Below are positions 1 to 11,181 of a stretch of DNA of 64,000 nt, piece by piece. The translations under genes and the position numbers were made by a program. Positions within the stretch are counted from its first letter, which is position 1. Each line of letters starts with the position of its first letter. Below the pieces are notes generated by a model. That model was not told where the DNA came from, did not search any database, and saw only the letters and a program-made list of their open reading frames with translations. The stretch covers positions 103,416,001 to 103,480,000 of the forward strand of contig OX597816.1 of assembly GCA_951406725.2 (NCBI GenBank), written 5' to 3'. The stretch is from Octopus vulgaris (Eukaryota).

Positions 1-42
1 GAGAGACACTGAGAGAGAGAGAAAGAAACAAAGAGTGGAAGT

Positions 43-86
<44 letters not shown>

Positions 87-1250
87 AAAGAGAGAGAGGG
101 GGAGAAAGAAAGAGAGGGTGAGAGAGAGAGAGACATCGCAGGAGAGAGATTGAGAGAGGGAAAGAAAGTGAGAGAGTTAGAGAAGCATGGATGAGAAGAG
201 AGAAATGGAGAGTGGTATGGGACAAGTAATATAAAGAAAATTAAACAGTTGTAGAACAGAAAAAATTAAAACGATAAAGGAAATAATGAGAAGGATGAGA
301 CAGAAGAAGAAGAAGAAGAAGAAGAAGAAGAAGAAGAAGAAGAAGAAGAAGAAGAAGAAGAAGAATTAGGTGAGGGGGTGATGAAGTACTGGAGAGAGGA
401 AAGTAGAGGGATGAGAAAGAGAAGCGGGTGGAAAAGTGAAAAAAAGGGGAGACAAGAAGAGCAAAACGTGAAGAAGACTAAGCAAAGGAGAGGAGAAAAC
501 AAAAGGAATAGCTAGATAGATAGAGTATCGAAAAAAAATGGGAAGTGAAAGGGTAAAAGTAAGTGAGGGAGAGAGAGAAAAAGAAAAGGGAGGGGTGAGA
601 GAGCAGTGGAGATGGGGCAAAGAGAAAGAGAGAGGGAGAGGGGTCGGAGAGAAAGAGAGAGGAGGAAACGGAGAGAAAGAGAGAGGGGACACGGAGAGAT
701 AGAGATAAAGAGAGACGGGGGAGGAGGGAATCGGAGAGAAAGCGAGAGAGGAGAGGGAGAGGTGGAGAGAAAGAGAAGGACTTTTGCAAAAGAGCAAAGA
801 AGGAGGGAGAGATGAAAACAGAAAGCCAGTGAGAGAGGAAAAGAGAGATGCACGCACATGCATGCGCGCGCGCACGCACACACACACACACACACACACA
901 CGCATGCACGCACCATAAATATGGAAAGCAAGGCAGTGAGAAAGTGGGCTGTGACAAAAATAGATGCAATGATAGATTGGAAAAAAAGGAGAGCGTGAAT
1001 AAGAGAGAGACGAGTATAAAGTAAAGAGTGAGACATTGTGACATACACATACACACACACACGTGTGTGTGTGTACACATACATATGTACCGCAACTACG
1101 TGCGTGTGCACGCAAACATGCACGCACGAATGCGAGCATGGAAAGCACGCCCGCAAACGTGCACGTATGCATGCAAATAGTCGCACTCAGCCACGCAGAT
1201 GAAAAGCAGAAAAGCAAGCAAACGTGCACAGAAGTGAGACAGAGCGGGAG

Positions 1251-1288
<38 letters not shown>

Positions 1289-1443
1289 GGATGGAAGGGA
1301 GAGATGGAGAGGGAAAGAATAGAGAGAGTGACTGCACGAGCGACAGATATAAGGGAGAGTGAGACACACGCACACACATACACACAGAGGCACAGACACG
1401 CACTTGCAGACACATACGCACGTCGATATACACAGCGGAGAAG

Positions 1444-1486
<43 letters not shown>

Positions 1487-1652
1487 CAGGAGTGACAGAT
1501 ATAGTGGAGAGTGACATACACACGCGAGTGCGCGCGCATACACACACACACACACACACACACATGCAAACACAGGCAGACACATGTGCACGTGGATATA
1601 CACAGTGGAGAGGGAGAAAGACTGAGTGTGACAGACAAAGAAAGAGACAGAT

Positions 1653-1707
<55 letters not shown>

Positions 1708-1716
1708 AAGGGAAGT

Positions 1717-1748
<32 letters not shown>

Positions 1749-1750
1749 CA
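1..1750. repeat. Purine-rich low-complexity / compound microsatellite block: (GAAA)n, (GAA)n, (GA)n, (CA)n
   Basis: Read directly: (GAAA)n ~45-90, (GAA)n ~302-365, long (GA)n tracts at 1260 and 1650-1745, (CA)n at 875-900 and 1540-1563. The long ORFs here are Ser/Leu/Arg/Glu-rich artefacts. Confidence 0.95.
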
Positions 1751-2264
1751 TATAGAGATGCAAATGCTGTATTACCGACTATACACCATTGTAGTTGCAG
1801 CATGCACTGAAGCAGAATGCAGTAAAGCATAATTTCTCTGTGAACTTGCAACAACAGCTGCACTAAATCTTCAATAGCAGTCATATGATGACAACCGCTT
1901 CTTTACTCAAAAATTTCTCTTCTTTTTTTTTTTCTTTTTCTAGAACAAACTTTTTTCTTTCATTTTTGTTGTTCCTTTCTTTCATTTGTTTTTTTTTTTA
2001 AATTTTTCTTTATATACTTTTTCCGATTCTTTTTCCAAGCTTTGGAAAATGTTGCTGCTACTGCTGTTGCTGCAGTTGCTGCTGTTTTTGTTGTCGCCGT
2101 TTTGTTCGTATTCTTTTCTCCTTCAGGCACAAGGCCCGAAATTTTGAGGGGAGGGGGACCCGTCGATTAGTTCGACTCCAGTACGTAAGTGGTACTTAAT
2201 TTATCGATCCCGAAGGGATGAAAGGCAAAGTCGACCTCGGCGAAATTTGAACTCAGAACATAAA

Positions 2265-2476
2265 ACAGTTCTATATTTAAGAGATGAAGAATTATGTACA
2301 TTATTTATATTATTTACAATTGACGGATATTGTCCTCATCTTGTTTGTTGTTAACACAACGTTTCGGCTGATATACCCTCCAGCCTTCATCAGGTGTCTG
2401 GGGGAAATTTCGAACCTGGGTTCTCATTCCTAAGGTTTTTGTTTCTTTTTCGATGTTGTTGTTGTTGTTGTTGTTG

Positions 2477-2552
<76 letters not shown>

Positions 2553-2847
2553 CATTATTATTATTATTCAGGTCACTGCCTGGAATCAAACTCGGTATCT
2601 TGTGTTAGTAGCCCGCGCTCTTAACCCCAAAATTCCGATTACGATTCCAGGCAGTGACCTGAATAATAATAATAATAACAACAACAACAACAACAACAGC
2701 ATCAAAAAAGAAAAAAATATCTTAGGATTGAGAACCCAGGTTCGAAATTTCCCCAAGACACCTGATGAAGGCTGGAGGGTATATCAGCCGAAACGTGTTA
2801 ACAATAAACAAGATGAGGACAAATATCCGTCAATTGTAAATAATGTA
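2265..2847. mobile_element. Fold-back (inverted) element with hammerhead motif, Penelope pLTR-like, inserted into a SINE
   Basis: Arms ~2310-2588 and ~2643-2845 are reverse complements, including the (AAT)n(AAC)n tract. Flanked by a 15-bp duplication AACTCAGAAC(A/G)TAAA at 2250-2264 and 2848-2862. Confidence 0.75.
2353..2398 (-). ncRNA. Minimal type I hammerhead ribozyme motif
   Basis: Minus strand reads GACAC-CUGAUGA-A-GGCUG-gagggUAUAU-CAGCC-GAA-ACGU-U-GUGUU. It has stem I GACAC/GUGUU, the conserved CUGANGA and GAAA core, a 5-bp stem II, and palindromic ACGU in place of stem III. Activity is untested. Confidence 0.65.
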
Positions 2848-2999
2848 AACTCAGAACGTAAAGACTGACAAAAAACCGCTAAGCATTTCGTCCGGCGTGC
2901 TAACGTTTCTGCCAGCTCACCGCCTTCTTTTTTTTCTTATTGATGATGTTGATGTTGTTGATGAAATTATTGTTCTTGATATTGTTATTGTCGTCCTTT

Positions 3000-4060
3000 G
3001 GGTTGTTGTTGTTGTTGTTGTTTAGTTTCACGAAGTTGGCACGGCACGGTTTAGTTTCACAAAGTTGGAATCATTGACGTTCCAACTGAGGCAATCACAT
3101 CTTATTTTGAGACGTTGTGTTTCTAGGATTTTAATATCTAATGAGATACTTTAAGTCAGTAAGGTATGATTATAGGGACATTTTTGCCGATGTCTCAAGC
3201 AGAGATTATATAAAGAATTCATTGTAGGCACATGTTGGGGTGCTTGTGTTGTCTAGCTCTGGATCATCTTTGATCAAAGTAGAACTGTGATCCAAAATAT
3301 TCCAGCTGTTGACCATTTCGTCACTACCTGTGCAGTTGATCCAGGAGATTTGAGGGAAATTTGGTTTATTATTTCTAGCATGTCGAAAAACCTCGTAGAG
3401 GATCCCTCATTGTTTCATGTTACTTTGGTGGTTGGCCCTGAATGAGCAGGCATACAATCAAAGGCGTTTCATCCGTAACTACTCAATTCTTTTGTATATC
3501 TAGGTGTGTCCAATGTTGACTTTTGCTCAGACTGCATGTGAAATTTTGGAAGGTGGATGAGGGTACATATAGGTGCTATTTCTAGCATTTCGTGTGACCA
3601 CATAGGCCCCACCCTCCTCATTGGCTTGCAGCTGGCTTCAATGTGGTTCCTGGAACTGTTTAGTAATTATAGCCAAATCTCCCCACCAAAGCAGTCTCTC
3701 CCATCTTAGAAAATAAAACACACCAATAATATAGCCTATTGGCTATTAGTTGTTGCTGCTAATGTTGTTATTTAACCCTAGGTCAGCACTGACCAAGCAG
3801 ATCTTTGATTAAAGCCATCATTTCTTTTTTCACATGTGCAGAGAAACCAGAGTAAAATGGCTGTTGTTTATCCCATGCTGTCCATGATCCAACAGACCTA
3901 ACACCAAAGGCATCCCAACAATAACCATCCCATCAAAATATATTTCACGCTCTATTCATTTTCTTTTTAAAATTTAATTTAATCTTAATACTCTCACGTA
4001 TGATTTAAGAGAAACCTATTGTTAAAAGGTTGAGCGACTATTTAGAAGCTTCCTTATCGA
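3000..4060 (+). repeat. Cluster of about 6 degenerate copies of a dispersed ~170-bp repeat
   Basis: Recurrent motifs ttgttgtttagc...tgatcaaagg.attccag...ccat and gatttgagggagatttggctgctatttctagca. The same family recurs elsewhere, e.g. 11220, 45130, 46380, 53530, 54230, and on the minus strand at 44570, 47700, 58070, 63200. Confidence 0.6.
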
Positions 4061-4456
4061 ATTCTTGTTCTTGTAGTTTTTTTTTTCTTAACCGAAATAG
4101 ATAAGTTAAATTAGAGTACCGAACTAAATGCATTACAACAGTAAAGTGGTACCCTATAATGGTCAGAGTCCAATAACAGAATCAAGTAAACGATAAAAGA
4201 TTTTTAAAAAGTTTAATTCATTCTCAGTTCTGAACGATATTGTCTTGTTTTTCATTCCGTTGCGCTTTGAGTTCAAATCTTTGCTGAGGTCAACTTTACC
4301 ATTCAACCTGTTAAAGTCTGCGTGTATGTATGTATGTATGTATGTATGTATGTATGTATGTATGTATGTATGTATGTATGTATGCATGCATGTATGTATG
4401 TATGTATGTATGTATGTATGTATGTATGTATGTATGTATGTATGTATGTATGTATG

Positions 4457-4756
4457 TGTCTCCTATTTTTTAATTATTATAAATCTTCCACTGAGGAAGG
4501 AGCCGGTTTCCAACAAAGATACAAGGCTCCATATTTGGGATGTAGTTAACAGAAATTCACATTTGAAACTTGAGAAAAGTCTTGCATATTTTAACTGTTC
4601 CACTTACAGATTGCACCTGTAATGAACGAATCAGCTGGTCGATTTCTCTTTCTGAAAATCCCAGTTTATCCAGATTCTCCTTTAAGCATTTACTAACAAA
4701 ACCTAGTGCTCCAATTATTGGTATGAATATGAATTCATTGTCTGGATATAGAAGCT
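4457..4756 (-). mobile_element. 3' end of an RLE-type (R4/Dong-like) non-LTR retrotransposon embedded in (TATG)n
   Basis: Minus strand translates LLYPDNEFIFIPIIGALGFVSKCLKENLDKLGFSEREIDQLIRSLQVQSVSGTVKICKTFLKFQM*, a typical PIIIGALG restriction-like endonuclease C-terminus. A short 3' UTR then runs into (CATA)n. Confidence 0.7.
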
Positions 4757-4770
4757 ATACATACATATAG

Positions 4771-4801
<31 letters not shown>

Positions 4802-5984
4802 TGTATGTATGTATGTATGTATGTATGTATGTATCTCTCTCTCTCTCTCCATCTATCTATCTATCTATCTTTCTATCTATCAAATCTGTTCTGTTGTTCT
4901 ATTCTGTTCTATTCTATCTGACTGTCCCTCTCGCTCTCATTCTCTCTCTTACACTTTTCTCTCTTTCTCACGCGCTCTCGTTCTTTCTCTTTCCCTCTTT
5001 CTCTGTGTATGTGTGTGTGTATGCGCGCACGTGTGTGTGTGTGTGTGTGTACGTGTGTGTGTGAATTGGCTACGCCGAAGAGAGACAAGAAAGGCACGTT
5101 CGCATTGCAACCCCACCAATCACATGATCCCTTATTATATATGAGGACACGATAACGATTGGATGAATTCTAGTTCGAAGTACTAAAACTTCACACAGCC
5201 AACAACAGCAGCAACATCAAAAACGACGAATCACTGAAGAAACCTCAACCCAATCATTCAATCTTTTGGAAACAACAGCTGCATTCTACACTCAAATCAC
5301 ACACTACTATCTATAAAATAGGAAATACACATTGGATAATACATTTCTAGGTACACAGTATGATCGTGGTCGTAACGCTTTTGATCTAGGTCTTCACGAT
5401 CAGACCATATCTAAAAAGCAACAACAACAACAACAGAAACAACTTACGCATTCCTCCCTATTACTCTGCCATAGTAGAAAAATGGTTAAAGAAATGCTAG
5501 GCGTAATCAGAATAAACATGGTATTGACAACATTTTAGGATCGAATGAACGAGATAACTGTGACGGTTTAATATATATATTCTTTGTTTTGTTTATACGT
5601 GTGCGTGTGTGAGTGTTTAACTTATGCATGTTTGGGGTTGATCGCTTATACTTTCTATTTTTTACCAAGTTTCGTTCTTATCAGCTCTGGAGAAAGGTTG
5701 TCTGTTTATAACATGAGGAGATGGAGTAAAGGTTGAGGTGAGTATATATATATTCATATGTATATACACACATATACATATATATGTATGTGTGTCTGTA
5801 TTGGTGTGTGCACGAATGTGTGTGTGTGTGTATATATATATATCTATGTTCGTGTATACACACACACATATATGTGTACGTGTGTATGTATACGTACATA
5901 TGAATACATGTACATGCGTATGTATGAATGATGTGTGTGTGTGATGAAAGAGAGAAGGAAAGAGAGAGACTGATAGGTAGGTAA

Positions 5985-6064
<80 letters not shown>

Positions 6065-6451
6065 GCAAGCAAGCAGACAGACAGACAGTTAGATAAAAAT
6101 AGACAGTTATAGGTATGATAGATAGTTGAATGAATGGGTGCACGGGTGACATGCATATGTAGATGCAGCGACTGTGAGATGAATGTATGAACGTTTGACA
6201 GACAAGATAGATATTATTAAAGATATAAATAAATAGACGGGTGGTTTGATGGAGAAATAGATGAATAATTAGACATAGACGGAAAGAAAGAAGTTATATA
6301 TGAAAGCTAGAAGTCTATGAGTAAGAGACAAGAGAATAAAATAGCAGGAAAAGACCATGTATCTGTAAACGGGTTTACGTACAAGATGAATCTATGAGCA
6401 AAGCAGAACTCAATACCTGTGTTGAATATGTATTTAATAAATGGAGATATA

Positions 6452-6665
6452 CGAGGGTGTGCTGAAAAGTTCCTGGCTTTAGGTAAAAGAAAATACAGGA
6501 TGTTCCGTTAATTATGATTTTATTCAACATATTTTCTCAGATTCACACACTTATTTTAGCGGTTCTTCAGTTTTTTTTTAAACCCTGTAAAAGAACTCGG
6601 AAAGTTGGGCCTCCAACCAGGTCTTTCACGATACTCTTAAAGCCTGGAACTTTTCAGCACGATCG
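6452..6665. mobile_element. Mariner-type MITE
   Basis: TIRs CGAGGGTGTGCTGAAAAGTTCCTGGCTTTA / TAAAGCCTGGAACTTTTCAGCACGATCG, with TA on both sides (6450-6451, 6666-6667). No coding capacity. Confidence 0.8.
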
Positions 6666-6925
6666 TAGTTCTAGCTTGCTGATAACAATGTCTTTTGGTC
6701 TGGACATTTCTCAGATGTGGCTGATTGATTGAAAACCTTCATAGTCCATTTCATCTCTCCTTCACACATTTTCTTTCTCACTGTCATAAACACACGCACA
6801 CGCACACACACACACATACATGTATATACACACACGTTTATACACGCATACATACATATACATATATTTACAGATATACATACATATACATATAGTTAAA
6901 CACACACACACTCACACACACACAC

Positions 6926-6975
<50 letters not shown>

Positions 6976-8837
6976 TTATGTATGTATGTATATATATGTG
7001 TGTCTGTCTGTCTGTATGTATATATGTGCATACAAAGAGTGTGAGTGGTGGATTATAGGGGCGGGCTGGCAGAGATATCATCATTTTTAAAATCGGTTTT
7101 AATGTGTTACAATCAGTTGCCCTTTCTGACAATAACACTTTCTATTACTTCTTACGATAAACAAGAATACAGTGTACTTGTTCTGCAAGCCTCTGATGAA
7201 GGCTGCATGGTAATGTTCTTTTTATAGATGAGCCTCTGGCAGATTTTCCTTCCTTGATTCTTATGCTAGTAGTGGCCAAGATGAACTCAGTTGAAATGCA
7301 ACTGTTGATGTTTTCTCTATATCTCTCCTTGATAGTTTTCATCCAATTGCACTTTTTTTCTCATATTTATAAGTTTTATTGTTGGTATTTTTGTGTGGAT
7401 ATTATTTTTGTGGTTGTCTGAGGCTGAGTGGGATAGTATTTCTTAATTTAATGCTATAGTAGCGTCACCAAGATGAGTTGTTGTTTAGCGTCAGGTCAAC
7501 CCTAATCGACCAGATATATGATAAAAGATATTTCAGTGGTTTCTATCTCGTATTTCAGAGTTATTTAGGATTACATTATCCAATGTTCTGTTACAATTTT
7601 CTTAGAACTGTAGAATCTGATTTGTGATAGATTTTTTTTTAATTCTTGAAAATCGAGTGACTGCTTAAAGAATACTTCGATTACTTGAGTTTTTGTAGAT
7701 CGGATAAGGGATGGGTTGATAATGTTTCCAATAATAAAGTTGGGAGGATTCATTTGATTGCATCCGCTCCCTTTCAAATCAGCGCTTTTGTGCCCATTAA
7801 AGAAATACTTATCACTGTGACATTGCTGTAAACTGCATCTCTTACTAAATTATTTTTGTCTTATTCCTTAGAATAACATCTATCAGTTGCTTTCAAGGCT
7901 TCCTTTAACTGAAGAAAGCTTTATAGAGAGTAAAAGGAGAAATTATATCAGTTGTTTGCTTGTTTATTTTGTTGTGATATCGTAGAAGATATATAGCAAG
8001 CGGGAAATGTCAAGCATTTCAATGAAAAGATAAGATAAAAAGCAAAGCTTGAAAATCAGAAAAGAAAAAAAATCTATAAAAATTTTGTAGGTGAATGATT
8101 AAAAAGTTAACATAAACAAAATGATGGCGTTAAAGAAAACCACTTCAAGAGAAAGACATAATTTATTTGAGTTGGATAATAAAAGTCAATAGAAAAACGA
8201 AACAAAATATTGCGCACTGCTACCATAGTTTCTCTCTCCATCCAGCATGTTCAACCACCAAAACATTAGTTACACTGTTTTGTCTCATTTTCTGTTTTTC
8301 TCTTGGCCTGCTTTCTTGATTAATTGAATATTCACTCTGGTATCTCAGAGACTAGTGAAGCTAGAAAGTCGAGATTTTTTTTAATGATTATTTTTTAGAG
8401 ATAGAAAAATAAAGTATCTTTTAGTTGTTTTGCATAATTTTGCTTTATCAAGTTGTTTGAATATTAAATAAGCAACTCCGTTCAACATGAAATTTACATA
8501 GGAAAAGAAATTGCATTAGAAATACATCCATGCACACAGTTACAAGGCAACATCATTTATTTCAGACATTGGTGGTTGTAATAGTAGTGCGAAATATTCA
8601 GATATTGACCACATATGTAGAGAGAAATCTTAGTTCCTGTTTGTTCGTTAACATGTGGGTTAATTTTGGGAGAATTATTACTCCAGTTAACGTAAACCTA
8701 CGAAGGCATAAGTGAATCCTTACGATTATCTTTTCACAACCATGCCGTCACAGATTCACCCACACACGCAGTATCTTTGTCAAAAGGTTTTACCGTTATC
8801 TCGGGTACATTGGCCGGAGTAAACATGTTTGTGAAAG

Positions 8838-8897
<60 letters not shown>

Positions 8898-8964
8898 GCA
8901 TACACGTACATCTGTGCTTGTATGTGTGTATGTGTGAATATATGTGTGTGCATGTATGTATTTA

Positions 8965-9020
<56 letters not shown>

Positions 9021-9207
9021 CACAAGAGCGCATCAAAGAACTCTTATTTTAGTGTAACTGTATCCTACGTTGGTTTTTGTGCTTAAGTGCATGGTTTACC
9101 TACGTGATCTTGTGAACGTATGCGCTTGTGTGTAATATTGTACAAGTCACTGCAAAGTTTTATGTCTATCGGTATGATTATGCGTGTAAGTGCGTGTATG
9201 TGTATAG

Positions 9208-9259
<52 letters not shown>

Positions 9260-9981
9260 ACGCGTGTGAATTCTAAATACAAAACCTCAGGAAATTGGTT
9301 TTGTTTTTATGCGTCGTCAGTGAAGTCGTACGAGAGAATGAAAAAAGAAATATTGATTTATTATTAACTCCACTAAAATCCTTGTTCTAAAAGAGAATAT
9401 AGAATTCGATTTGCAGCTATCTGCGAATGTAGACGATATTTAGATATAGCTGACGTTAGATTTCAACGAATGAAAAAAGAACTTTTCCATTACCTTGCAT
9501 TACAATACATTCGACAACATTTCTTTTGAAGAAAGTCGTCATCATAAGCATAGCATTATTAAAGTATGTTTCATTTTGTTTTATACCTCAACGCACTACA
9601 TTTTCATTATTTCCTTTGACATCACTATCAACATCAACTGCAATTATAGCAGAGACATATCTGTAACATCGGCAGCATGTAAGAATAAGAACAATTATAT
9701 CAACAGAACTGTAACTTTATTAACCTCTCAAATTCTATATTGAATAATAAAATATAATTTATCAGAATCTCTGGATCAATTTCTAACAAGTAAACCATCT
9801 GCAAACCGACGAGAGAGAGGGGAGAGGGAGAGGAAGATAGGGTGAGTGGAAGAGAGTAAGGGCAGGCAGGTAGAGATATCACCGCTTTTACAATCGGTTT
9901 TAATACTGGCATAGTTTGGAGGGCGGAGAAACTTAATACAAATATATAACTGTAAGTGCAAAAGAATCCGTAACGTCACTT

Positions 9982-10448
9982 AAGGCGGCGAGCTGGCAGA
10001 AACGTTAGCACGCCGGGCGAAATGCTTAGCAGTATTTCATCTGCTGTTACATTCTGAGTTCAAATTCCACCGAGGTCGACCTTGCCTTTCATCCTTTCCG
10101 GGTCGATAAATTAAGTACCAGTTACGCACTGGATTCGATATAATCGACTTAATCCGTTTGTCTGTCCGTGTTTGTCCTCTCTGTGTTTAGCTCCTTGTGG
10201 GTGGTAAAGAAATAGGTATTTCGTCTGCCGCTACTTTCTGAGTTCAAATTGGGTGGTAAAGAAATAGGTATTTCGTCTGCCGCTACGTTCTGAGTTCAAA
10301 TTCCGCCGAGGTCGACTTTGCCTTTCATCCTTTCGGGGTCGATAAATTTTGTACCAGTTACGCACTGGGTCGATGTAATCGACTTAATCCGTTTGTCTGT
10401 CCTTGTTTGTCCCGACTATGTTTAGCCCCTTGTGGGTAATAAAGAAAT
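9982..10448 (+). mobile_element. tRNA-derived SINE (family A), young, with internal tandem duplication
   Basis: A-box/B-box-like head (GAGCTGGCAGAAACGTTAGC...GAGTTCAAATTCC). The body is repeated (10215-10250 partial, 10268-10448 full). 20-bp target-site duplication AAGAATCCGTAACGTC(A/T)CTT at 9962-9981 and 10449-10468. Confidence 0.9.
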
Positions 10449-11132
10449 AAGAATCCGTAACGTCTCTTCTGTGCTGAGAAACATATCGAATCTTTTAATT
10501 TTACAATTTCCTAGGTATACCGCTTACACAAAATAATCATTTTGGTTTCAGAGCTTTACACTATTTTTGAGGGGTTTTTTCAGTCTTTTTTCCCTGCATT
10601 TTTAAAATCTTCGTCAAGGCGCAGTTTCGGAATTATGCGCGTAGCCGAAGGTTTCTTTACCCGAACTCTGCAAGAAATTACATTTTAGTTTCTGACTAAT
10701 CACAGCATAAAATATTAGAAAAAAAGATATGAGGTATTAGATATTGCTTTATTTCCTTTTCACAATAATATCAATATCTATCCTAAGTAGAAAGTCACAA
10801 ATTTTAAGAGATAGAACACTAACCCCTTTATTTAATGCACAATGTATTTATCTGTGTCGACGAAATCAAATTTATACTGTAATTGTACGTAACTGAGTAC
10901 GTAAGGGATTTTTTCCGACCCTTAATCAGTTCTGCTAGATGTTCCTTCTTTCAAAATAATATGAAATTTCGTTCATGAAACGCGCACACGTACCCATGGC
11001 ATTTTCAGTTTTGTTCACTAAATCCTCTACTAATTCACTGCTAAAGAGTACAGGAACACTACTTGGTCTCAAGGAGTAATTCCTGTAAATTAAAAGATCC
11101 AGTCAACTTAAAATTCCATTACCGATAGACGA

Positions 11133-11181
<49 letters not shown>

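Larger units (their letters stand above)
2125..2926 (-). mobile_element. tRNA-derived SINE (family A), split by the insertion at 2265-2847
   Basis: Reverse complement matches the + strand copy at 9982 (GGCGGTGAGCTGGCAGAAACGTTAGCACGCCG...GAGTTCAAATT..GAGGTCGACTTTGCCTTTCATCC). Halves lie at 2125-2264 and 2848-2926. Confidence 0.85.

Noticed and set aside
266-1884. Long ORFs up to 465 aa on the minus strand
   Set aside because: They are translations of (CT)n/(GT)n/(CTT)n microsatellites, which lack stop codons by composition; no domain content.
9984-10070. tRNA gene (also 18975-19050 and 2570-2625)
   Set aside because: These have A/B-box-like motifs but no complete cloverleaf, and they continue into SINE bodies.
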